64,000 nt of DNA from the NCBI GenBank assembly GCA_000002445.1, contig CM000208.1, positions 736,001-800,000 on the forward strand, given 5' to 3'. The translations under genes were made by a program, and so were the position numbers. This DNA is from Trypanosoma brucei (lineage: Eukaryota). Below, one piece after another: positions 22,797-33,100 of this stretch (position 1 is its first letter; the number at the start of each line of letters is the position of its first letter). The notes beneath the pieces were generated by a model. That model did no database searches. It had not been told where the DNA came from and saw nothing but the letters and a program-made list of their open reading frames with translations.

Positions 22797-24001
22797 AGAT
22801 CGCTTAATGGACGAATTAAAGTGTGCATGTTTTACTTTGGTTTTTTTCTTTGTGTGTGTATTGTATTGTTTTTTTTTTGCGGATTCGTTTTTTTTTCCCC
22901 TTCCTTTCCTTTGTTTAACTGCGGAGGAAGAGTGGCAAGAGATTAAGGGGGCGTGCTGCCATGCGTACCCCCAGGAGAGACGTTCCATTTTTTGTCATAA
23001 CTTTACTACTGTGTGTATGCGTGTGAGAGAAGTGTCGGCTCTTTCACGCCCCCCGTTGCTTTTGTGATGGAAGTTTCCCGTGATTAATTTGTGCTTTCGT
23101 GCTTTTGTGTCCGACTCATGGTAAGTGGGAGGGAAGGAAATGTTGAGGGAAAAATATAAGTGAAGTTTAAATGTTTCATTGCGATTATATCACGGTGCTG
23201 CTACTGACTTTTTTAAATTTTTTGCCTCCCACATCTGTGAATGGACTTTCTTTATAGTTCTCGTGCTTTTTTTTTATATCTTCTTTCTTTTTTATTTGTT
23301 TTACCTCCTATATGGAAACACATGTGCTAATGAGTGCTCAATAACTATTATTGTTGTATGGTATTCCGTTTCATCCACGCCAAATATTAAAAAAAAAAAT
23401 TCGCATGCGCAACTATTTGTGGCACTGTTTCTTTTCTTTTTCCTTTTTTTTCTTCATCTCCCGTTTGGCCAGTCTCAACATTGTGTGCATCTGTGCATTT
23501 CGGTAAGTAACAATAACAATAATAATAATTCAACAGGCACACGTGCTTTCCAACTCTTCATCCGAGGCATATATATATTTAGTTAGAGGGCGGTACGAAG
23601 GGAAGGAGGGGAAAAGGGAAACGGGAGCAAATACCACAATTTTGTCCATCGAAGTCGTGGACAAAAAAAAGGAAAAAGAAAAGAGACAGTACCACAAGGT
23701 GTTAAAACAAATTTGATCAAAAAAAGGAAAGGAAAGGAAAATTTGAAATATATATATATATACATATATATAGAAGAAGCGAAAGTCTTGTGATCACACC
23801 AGAAATATAGCAATAGGGGTGTGCATACACACGCGGACCTGTTTATATATTTATAATAAAACTCATAGACGAGTTCGAGTGTTACAGAGCTGCAAGCAAC
23901 AGTTAATATAGTGTAGGGCGATCGCTCAATTGTTTTCGGGTTGTATCCGTGTCCAGGTACCAAATTAAAAAGGAACAAAGTCGAGCCAATAAAAAAAAGA
24001 A

Positions 24002-24021
24002 GGGAAGGAAGGAAGGAAGGA
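24002..24021. repeat. (GGAAG)n short tandem repeat
   Basis: gggaaggaaggaaggaagga read directly in the sequence. Confidence 0.8.
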
Positions 24022-24192
24022 GACCGACCCAAACACTCCGGCAGCCAGCCGGCCAACGGAGATTGCAACTCGTCGCCTCGGAATAGCAAGGAAAAGAGAA
24101 AAGGTTGTGTGGATTGCGTTTTGCTCCGCGCACAGTATTTTTCTTTTTTTTTCACTTAGTGTGCTGCTCTCGTCGTGTGTAGTAATTAACAA

Positions 24193-26442
24193 ATGGGGAA
24201 TTGCTTGTGCTGCAGGGATAAACACAAACATGAACCGGAGCCGGAAGTCGTGATGGATGTAATGGATGTGAAAGAAAAGCAGGAAATAGGTCATCATAAT
24301 AAAACACAAGTCTCAACACCGCCTACATGTCAAAGTGATTATCCACCACCTTCTGGACTTCCAACCAGCCCCCCTGATGATACGCAGTCGAGTGTTTCTC
24401 CACGTGATAATGTCCAATTTGCAACCGCTCCACCGGACGATTCATCAAATGCGGCGTCACCTCGATATGACGAACAGCCTGTCACCACTCTGTCTCATGA
24501 TGTGGTTTCTTCAACTCCTCCTCGGGTTGAGACTCCACCAACTTCTTCCCCACGTGAAGAAGTCACTGATGTGGTCCCTGCCATCGAAGAGTTTACTCCT
24601 GCCGTTTCTCTTGGAGAAGAAGTGGTTGTATCTGAGGCTTCTCCTGCCGAAAACCCATTCACCGCTTCCCCACACGACGACACTACAGCGACGGGTTCCC
24701 GCGGCGACAATCCATTTACTGCCTCTCGAGACAACGCGGAATATGATTTCTCTCCCCGTGAAGACGTTAATCATCCTCCACAGGATAAGCCCGAAGTCGT
24801 CCTGGCATATGATTTCAGCGCCCCCGTTGCAAGTGTCTATAAGAATGCGGCAGTGTGGACATTTACCGCGCCCAAAGAGGAGAAAAGCGGCAACCGTGTG
24901 GTCGGTTTTGCCTCTGCAGAGCGGGGGCCCCGTGGTGATGTACCACCGTCAACTGAAAGAGTCTCAGAGAAGCCAAGTGGACGGGCTGATGAGGATTTTG
25001 ACACGGATGAAACGACTACAGGGAGGTCGAGCAAACCAGTGGATGCCGCTGATGATAGAGCCCCTAAGCTGCGGGCGCCATTGCTGGCCCCACCAGTGGA
25101 TGATACCGTAATGGAAAGTGAGGAGGCCGCTGAGGAGAGGGAGGCCCAAGTTTTCACAGAAGCAGCAAAGGAAGGAAATGAGTCTGTGGGTAAGGAACCC
25201 CCCGGTGGGGAAGGTGACACTTATCAGGTTAGTGATGCAGTTGAACTCGGGGACGCAATGGAAAGTACTAACGAGCCTGAGGTAAAGGAGATTGGCCAAG
25301 CGGATGTTGAGAAATTGAAGGGTGCGGGTACACCCGAAAAAGCTGATGATGAGGAGGAAAGCCCTCGCACATCGGGACGGCGTGACAACAACGTTTTGAG
25401 CCCGCTACTCGAAGATAAAGCCCCTGCTGTGCTTGCTGTGGCGGGCGAAAACAACGATGAAACTAACGCCTTCGTACACTCAGCGGAAAGGGCATTGGAA
25501 CAAAGTAAAGTTGGTAAGGATAGCGAGGAAAATAGTGAACTGGAAGGTGAGCATCCCAGTGAAGAGGGGTTGGGGGATGTTTCATATGCCAATACAGCAG
25601 GCGACCTCCCGGAGTCGGTTGCGTACACTACTCACAGTAGTGCTGAACTGCAGACGCGCAAGACAGAAGGGAGTCATGCGATAACCGATGGTGAAACAGT
25701 GAGGAAAAGTGACAGTAATGACAACGCTCTTGCAGGCATCATTCGCAGGCAGCGGGATATGGAGAGGCGAAGCAGTACGGGAGTGCTTCTTCCAACCCAG
25801 TCAGACGCCCTGGGTTTCTTGGAGACACACAGCAGCGGGGTTGCAGAACATGATTTAGTGAACACTGGAGTGGAAGGTGAAGATAATACCGATGGCAAAA
25901 TGCAATACCTGCAAGGTGAACTTTCACTTGACTTTGGGGGACTCGAGACTTTTAACGCAGATAATATGTCGGAGAACCGAGTGCACAGCTGGAGTAGTGT
26001 TGAATCTAATGGGGGCGCCGAAGATAGAGGAGAACGAGGTGCCAGCGGCTTAAATAATGAGGGAAATGACCGCACTGTAGGTGGCTGTGTTGACAGCGGG
26101 AGCAGCGATGGCGGAAGTGAACGCCGACGGCTCGCTGACATTGTTCAACCAAAGGATTGGGGGCGAGAAATACATGAGGAAGAGGAGGTAACTGAGAAGT
26201 ATTCGGTAGAGGAGGTAGTCGCTGACAAGGAAAAATCTGCTGAAGATCGTGTTAGCTACAATGAAGACTTTGGCGTTAATCGTTCTAACGAACTCTTCAA
26301 CGGAAGGGAGGCGTTTTTTCAAGATGAAAAAACGGAAAGTAAAAGCAGGTCAACCTCTGTCCCCTATCGTACCATCCCAATCATTTCCCCACCTCTGGCG
26401 ACACCTCAAAACAGAGAAGATGGTGACGAAAGTTTGATGTAA
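24193..26442 (+). CDS. Acidic hypothetical protein of 749 aa with an N-terminal MGNCLCC motif and degenerate SPR/SPx-containing repeats
   Basis: Verified ATG at 24193, preceded by a poly-T tract (24131-24182). The protein begins MGNCLCCRDK. The N-terminal third has reiterated approximately 20-aa units: SVSPRDNV..., SPRYDEQP..., PPRVETPP..., SPREEVTD..., SPAENPFTA, SPHDD...NPFTA, SPREDVN.... The rest is D/E-rich. Confidence 0.7.
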   Translation: MGNCLCCRDKHKHEPEPEVVMDVMDVKEKQEIGHHNKTQVSTPPTCQSDYPPPSGLPTSPPDDTQSSVSPRDNVQFATAPPDDSSNAASPRYDEQPVTTLSHDVVSSTPPRVETPPTSSPREEVTDVVPAIEEFTPAVSLGEEVVVSEASPAENPFTASPHDDTTATGSRGDNPFTASRDNAEYDFSPREDVNHPPQDKPEVVLAYDFSAPVASVYKNAAVWTFTAPKEEKSGNRVVGFASAERGPRGDVPPSTERVSEKPSGRADEDFDTDETTTGRSSKPVDAADDRAPKLRAPLLAPPVDDTVMESEEAAEEREAQVFTEAAKEGNESVGKEPPGGEGDTYQVSDAVELGDAMESTNEPEVKEIGQADVEKLKGAGTPEKADDEEESPRTSGRRDNNVLSPLLEDKAPAVLAVAGENNDETNAFVHSAERALEQSKVGKDSEENSELEGEHPSEEGLGDVSYANTAGDLPESVAYTTHSSAELQTRKTEGSHAITDGETVRKSDSNDNALAGIIRRQRDMERRSSTGVLLPTQSDALGFLETHSSGVAEHDLVNTGVEGEDNTDGKMQYLQGELSLDFGGLETFNADNMSENRVHSWSSVESNGGAEDRGERGASGLNNEGNDRTVGGCVDSGSSDGGSERRRLADIVQPKDWGREIHEEEEVTEKYSVEEVVADKEKSAEDRVSYNEDFGVNRSNELFNGREAFFQDEKTESKSRSTSVPYRTIPIISPPLATPQNREDGDESLM

Positions 26443-27617
26443 CTGTCACTGAAAATGAAAAAGGGATTATTTTTTTTTAATGGTGAGCGTGTGCGTGTGT
26501 GTGCTCTTCTGGACTTGTCACCAGTATTTGCTTCAAATTGATTGTTCTATAGGTGGAGATCTGTGGATACTGTTATGCTATATTATATGTCTGTTTTATT
26601 TGCACATAGAAATTAACCGATACGGCGCCTTATCTCATTTTTTTTCCGGATCACTGTTGATACTGAGTTTCCTCCTTACTCAATATGTGTTCTTTTTTTT
26701 TTTGTCATGCCCTCCTTCACCTTTTATGTGTGGAAGGAGCCGGTTTTTTTGTTGCACTATTGAAGGAAAAAGGAGAAGGCGAAGCTTACGGCCACACAGT
26801 CCTTCGTTTTTTTTTTTTGTTTTCTTCTTCTAACGCCATGTGGATTTGGCTATTACCCTCCATTTCTTCCCTCTCATTTTTAAAAAAAAAAGAAATTGCC
26901 TTTGGTTTTACTTTTAATTGTGCTCCACTACCTCGCGACACCACAGACTTCTTTCTTTCTTTCTTCCATTTTTTCTTAGTGTTTTTTTTGTAAAGATCTT
27001 TGTTCTCGTGGTGATGAGGCACATTTCACACACCGGTGAATGTCGATGATGCCGGTGAAGAAAAAAAAGGGGAATTCGATTAGAAAGGCAAAAAAAAAAG
27101 GAATGAACGCGGCAGTTGTGATTCTTTTTTTGTGTGTATGTGTGTGTAGGGGAGAGAGAGGAGACATCAGGAATCGCCATTCTGCTATGGATGGGATGCG
27201 GAGAAGCACCACCGCAGTAATTGACAGTAAAATGAATAAATAAACTGAAGAATGGAGGGGGGAAAGAAAGGAGCATGTGTGACGGATGTATTTTGTCCGT
27301 GTGAACAAGTAGCACTGTCTTATATTATTGCTATCCGCTACAATATTATCGATTCTGCACCCAAGCATACGTTACTAACAAATGTCTTTTCCCGTTATTT
27401 TTCTTTCTTCCTCGCCTTATAACACCCAATGTGCTGTCTGCCACGGACTTTTGCATTGGTTATGCATAAAAACGCCATTGTTCTTCTATTTTTACTGTTA
27501 TTGCTGCTATTCACCACTCCGTTGTCATGGTTTTATAATTATAATTATGTGATGTATCCTACCCTTTCCCGGGTTTGTTGGTGCTGATGGTGGTGAAGCC
27601 ACAGAAGGGCGGTCTCA

Positions 27618-27641
27618 ATATATATATATATATATATATAT
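27618..27641. repeat. (TA)n microsatellite
   Basis: tatatatatatatatatatatata run. Confidence 0.9.
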
Positions 27642-28585
27642 TTGAGACGAAGCGGCAAAGTACTGTGTGCTTCTTAGCTGCTAATGGCGTGTATGTTCCC
27701 TCACACACCACACACACACGCGTGTGTACACATGCGTCTCTTCTTCTTTTTTTTTTTTAATCGCATTTTAATTTTAACTTGTTATCTTTGTTTGTTCTTT
27801 TACTCTAAAATAAAAAGAATAGGGAGGAAATGTGGTGGTATTTGGTTAGACAGTACAACAGGTAGTAGTGTGTACGTCACGTATCGTTTCTTGTTTTTAT
27901 TTTTCTTTATTTCCTTCTAGTGCATTGTGGTCGAAGGGGTGCATAAAGTGCGTGGAGAGTAGCGACACTATTTCTCTTACTATTACCATTATTATTGTTA
28001 TTATTATTATTATTAAATTTGGTTGTTTATTTTGATGATAGTTTAGTAATTTGCGTATGTGAGAGGTTGTGTAAGGGGAGGGGGAATTTGTCCACAATTA
28101 CAGGGGCAACACTGATACAGAATTAAATGCTTCTTTACCGGCACTATTATTTAACACCGAATACACATTTTTGTCATTTTTCACTGTTTTTTTTTTTACT
28201 TGACCTTTTTTTTTTGTGTTTGTGTGTGTGCACAAGGTTCACCAGCTTCCCGGGACCACACAACGTTTCTGAGTTGGTGATAATGAAATGATTACTGCAC
28301 AGTCAAACGCATACATAATGGTTTGTTTTCGTTTTTCGTCCATGCTATAGCCCATCGTTGTGAGGCAATGTAAATGTATGTAGTTGTGTGTATATTTAAA
28401 TATTCATTTATTTAACATGGTCAATCAATATTATTGTTTCTTATCCTCTTTTCTTTATGTTTTTTTTTGTTGTTGTTGTGATGTTGTTTGAGAAGCGGGA
28501 AACTGCTCTCTCTCTATCGGATTTGGCCAACATTGTAGGTTAGGTTTTTGATACGCTGCCCTTATTACTGTTGCCGTAGGAATCA

Positions 28586-28610
28586 GCTTTCTTTTTTTTT
28601 TTCTTCTTCA
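28586..28610 (+). promoter_or_regulatory. Poly-T/pyrimidine tract upstream of the gamma-SNAP gene
   Basis: gctttcttttttttttcttcttcaacg about 70 nt upstream of the ATG at 28682. Confidence 0.5.
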
Positions 28611-28681
28611 ACGAGGTAAGACGGTTTTGGGGGGTTGTTGCTTTTCCTGCGCCGAGGAAAAGGTGTCAGTTACATTATCTA

Positions 28682-29746
28682 ATGTCAACCGGAGCATTTA
28701 CTGAGGCCGATAGCCTTATGGCAAGTGCAAAAAAACATCTTAAAACTGGTTTGTTTAAACGCAAACCCGATTGGGGCTCTGCAGCGGACGACTACGAGAG
28801 AGCTGGTGGGCTCTACGTAAGTGATGGGAATGTGGAGAAGGCATGTGAAGCATATAATAGCGCGTGTGAAGCATATGAAAAGGTGGGTAGCCTTGTGTCA
28901 GCATCACTTATAAAATCCAAACTTGCTCAGTTCCTCGCTGAGCAGGCCCGGAAAGGATGTGGTGGGAAGAGTTTAGACAAAAAACTGATGGATAGCGCCG
29001 TGGAATCCTATCGTGGAGCCGCCAGGTATTATGCATTAGATGGAAAGTTTGACAGGATGGCAGAGACACTCGTTAAGGCGGCGGAATTAATTGACCCGAC
29101 AACACACTGTGCTTTCGCCTCTCCCCTCGCTGCAAAGTCAAATGTGGAAGGAGACCGGGAAAAAGTGAAGCAAGTGTGTGCACTTCTGGAGGAAGCAGCA
29201 GATGCAATAGAGGAGAATGAGGACAATAACAACAGCTACATCATTCGTCTACCTGATATATATCGTAAGTGGATGCTTGCCTGTTTGCGTAGTGGTGATG
29301 TGCTAAGAGCAATTGCTGTACTAGAGCGTCAGCTTGGTATCACGAATGGTTCAGGCGATGGCACCAGCAAAATAAAGGGAAAATGTGCAGGGGGGTTTTA
29401 TGCGAGACTTAATCAACCACACAATGTGGCTAAAACGGGGCTCGAAATTATTGTGCTGTGTTTGTCACTTGGGGACCTCGTACTGGCACGCATGAAGCTG
29501 GATGGGCTGCGCGGCATTTCTGGATTTGCAAACACAAAGGAAGAATCAACCGTGCGATCGCTTCTCGAAGCATTTGGTGAGCGTGACACAGAAATGCTAC
29601 AAGAAACATTGAAAGATTCAACTCTGATGTTCATCACGAATGACATCTCGAGGATGGCAAAAAAATTAGTGATTAGGTCCACCGAAGCAAAGCCGGACAC
29701 ATGTGAAGGAGGTGAGGTTATTGACGGTGAGGAAGACTTGCGATAA
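28682..29746 (+). CDS. Gamma-soluble NSF attachment protein (gamma-SNAP; SNAP/Sec17 family), 354 aa
   Basis: The N-terminus ASAKKHLKTGLFKRKPDWGSAADDYERAG aligns closely with the human gamma-SNAP AKAEKYLKTGFLKWKPDYDSAASEYGKAA, as I recall it. The rest is TPR-like helical-repeat character with an acidic C-terminus. The ATG at 28682 was verified. Confidence 0.8.
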   Translation: MSTGAFTEADSLMASAKKHLKTGLFKRKPDWGSAADDYERAGGLYVSDGNVEKACEAYNSACEAYEKVGSLVSASLIKSKLAQFLAEQARKGCGGKSLDKKLMDSAVESYRGAARYYALDGKFDRMAETLVKAAELIDPTTHCAFASPLAAKSNVEGDREKVKQVCALLEEAADAIEENEDNNNSYIIRLPDIYRKWMLACLRSGDVLRAIAVLERQLGITNGSGDGTSKIKGKCAGGFYARLNQPHNVAKTGLEIIVLCLSLGDLVLARMKLDGLRGISGFANTKEESTVRSLLEAFGERDTEMLQETLKDSTLMFITNDISRMAKKLVIRSTEAKPDTCEGGEVIDGEEDLR

Positions 29747-30129
29747 AAAAAAAAGATAAAAGTAGAAGTGACAACAGCTTTGTAGTACGGGTTCCTTTGA
29801 TCAACTTGTCGGACACACGGAGCGACCAACGGCTCCCCCGGGTGCTCCTTCCGTTGCTTTCCTCAGTGTGAGAAGTTTTCCCTGCGTATATGTTTAAAGC
29901 CATTGCTTCTGGAAAATCTGATGCTGTATGGTATTGCCGATGCTTTAATGCTTTCATTTTCTTTCTTTTTTTTCCTCACCTTCAAACGAAATATTGCTCG
30001 TTTCACATCCCCTGCATGCGCTATGCTAAATTTTTTTTTAAATCTATGTTCGTTTTCTTCTACGCAAATCGCTTGCTTCACACACACACGAGGTCGAAGG
30101 AAAAAAAAAGAAGAAAAGATTTGTGGTCA

Positions 30130-33100
30130 ATGGGCGACGCAGACGTCGCGACTGATCAGCAACAACAACGCTTGAAACAGGTACCAAACAGGGGAGATGC
30201 TATTAACGCAAATGCTGCCAACAGTTTTGACGATGAGGATGGTAACCAATGCCTTTGGCATCGCCGATCTCGTGAGGTACACGCACATTTGAAACGGCGG
30301 GTGGCGGGCATTCTTACGCAGATACGGTGCACGAGCAGTGCTAACCACTTTGATCGTCACAGAGTTGAGGTGGACGAGCTGTTGCGCTGCGACGCCCCCA
30401 TGGGGTTCACCCCTTCGATGATCCTTGCAGGTGTGCCTGATATTATCCACCTACTTACTGACGCTGTGAGGGATCGCAGGGTACTGGAGGTTGGTAGGGA
30501 AAATCGACAGGCCATATCGGCGCTCACCCCAATATGCCAAAGTTCGAATTTCCTTATAACTCCGAACCCTTTCTTCGTGAAGGAAATTGCATCGTCCATC
30601 TGGAGGGACTCGAGTAAATTCAAGGGAGACCGCGGAAATAACACACCTAGTAATGCGATGAGTTCAGTAGGCTCAAATGGTGCAAAGGGTGATAATATAG
30701 ATTGCTTTTTACCACCACTTGTTCGCCATGCAAAAGGTTCAGCACCGCAGGAGTATCCCCATACGACGAGTGCCTCACCCACTCGAGAAGGCAAACGGCT
30801 GGTGGCGAGAATAGGGAAGTCAAATGAGGTAACAACTGCAGCGGGGACGGCTGCGGGATCGAGGAAATGCGTGCGTGACGGAAGCAGTTCACCGCTTGAC
30901 AAATCGGGGCCGACATTACCGCGAATAGACGCTAACCGGCAGTCGGCGAATCGGCATGTGAACGGAACCGGGCAGGGAAACCAGCCACTACAGCAACAAT
31001 CAAACGGATTTCCCTCAGCGTGCGCGGTCTCGGATGCCGCCAACGCCAAGTGCGCTCCCCTTCTTTGCGATATCCCGTCTACTGTCGAGGCAATGATGTA
31101 CCACTGTGCCTTCCCGCTTGTGTGTATCACCCCGGAAGACTACGAAAGCCGTGCAAGTGCTACACACATACTGGTATCCACCCTTTCCTCAATAATTAGA
31201 AAAACTTCCGACAATAACCTTCATACTGAGTGCGAAGGGATTTCGGGGGTTGACAATGTCGCGAGCCAAAGCACTTCTGATGATGGTAAACCCGGAAGCA
31301 ATATCAACGGGGATTACAACTGTAATGCTCCTCGGCCGACGAATGCCGAACAAAAAAACTGTGATTTGGAGCATAAAAACATGCTTTACCGACTGCGTCG
31401 CGCGGCACTTCATACGCTCCACGCCCTCCTCTCCATCATGGATTCGGAGAATGCGAGTTTGGTAAACAAGCATTTTGCGGAGCGCGATCGTCAACTGTAC
31501 GATGCGTTTGGTGACATCAACTTCTCTACAGATAATACAATAATGGATATGTGCAGCCCTATGGATGAGACAAGGGAAAATGACAATGAAAGGGTCGAAA
31601 GCGTGAGCGTGAAAGTCCTCAGCGGGGGAACAATGGGCTCCCCGAGAGCGGTATCTCCCCGCCGTCGTCTGTCCACCGCATGCGTGAAAGTCATGCAGAG
31701 GACACAAAGAAATATGTTGGTTCGCCGTGTCGCGCCACTGAGTGTATATAACAACGCCGTTGATGTCAACGTACTTATCCCTTTGCTGGAGCGATGGACA
31801 TTCATCTTGGATAAAGGCACGGGGAGCAACGGAGTGCTGGATTCTGCACGTTTTCTGACTCAGCGTCCAGGGGCGTGGGAAGTAGAGGAAAGGAGCAACA
31901 AAATGGCAAATAAGAAATTGGCGATGGCATCCATCACCCGCTGTGGGCAAGAGGGTCATCATGTCATACCGGCAGAAATGCACAGTGAGAAAATTACAAC
32001 AGGGGGTGGGAGAGATGAAACCGTGGGTGCGGTTGTTCGTATGTGTGAAAAGGACGTGGAGGAGATCTACTTGCTCCTTCGTATCTGCCTTCAGCTGTCC
32101 CTGTACAAACATCACCTAAACGTTTCAGCTCGTATGGCAGACACTTTTGGAGGCACTGGTAATAATACCTTCAAAAGTATTCCCGTACTGGTTTGCCTGA
32201 CAATGGCCCGGTGCATGGAAGGAGATAGGCATCTTCCCTTGTGTGTGGAGTGCTTGTGGAATATGCTCGACGTAATCCCCGAGGAGGCTGCAAAGGAAAT
32301 ACTCCACCACACCGGAGATGAAAGCGGCGCCCACTTCCAACAGGAAGGAAAAAAACAGAGTGAGTACGCGACCACTAACTCTCCGTTATCCAGATTGTCT
32401 GCCACTGAAGCCCTTCTACATTGTCTTTTGCAGTTTCTTGTCTCGGGGCACCGGCTTGAATACCGTGAGCTACGCAATGACATCATTGTGTTGATGCTCA
32501 TTGTTCTCCGTACCCATACAGCAGGGCTCAGGCAGCAGGAAGAAACATTGCTGTATAATTCTGAGTTGGAGCACCCAGCCTTACCCCCGGGATCAACTAT
32601 CGAGGCTATTACAACCATGGCTAAGACAGTATTCGATCTGGTCTGCGGACCAGAGTTGCAGGTTTTTGGGACAACTGCAGAACTCACACTAGAATCTCCG
32701 GAGTTATTCAGGCGGTATCATACTGTGCTCTCCCCCACTACACGAAGAGAAAATTTGCAATTTAAGGTACTTGGTTGGCGCTTTTTGGAAGCCTTTCATG
32801 AATGGCAAAACGTCCGGCTCACGTTGGAACTACGTTGCCGCCCACACATGTCACGCACAACGTTGAGCACGCGTGCCCCCGCCCCATCGGGATATGTCTT
32901 TGACACAAGCAATACTGTCTTTGATGTGTGCGGTGCCGGATTTGTAGACCTCCTTCTTATGTATGTAGATACGGAGTGCAGTAACGAGCTAGTTCTCGCA
33001 TGGTCAAGAGAAGATTTGCTTACTCTACAGGAGGAGTCATGGAGGGTTATTTTGGCCATGGTTGAGCCCCACGCAGAGCATTCTGTCACTAAGGCCTTTG

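Noticed and set aside
31189-32115. Large antisense or alternate-frame ORFs nested inside the long + strand genes. Examples are 31189-32115 (-, 308 aa), 30357-31130 (-), 7699-8223 (-), 51338-51922 (-), 17509-18051 (-), 24335-25111 (+) and 7314-7949 (+).
   Set aside because: They lie wholly within much longer, domain-supported or codon-biased + strand CDSs of a unidirectional polycistron. Such shadow ORFs are expected from GC-rich codon usage. None has a recognisable motif.
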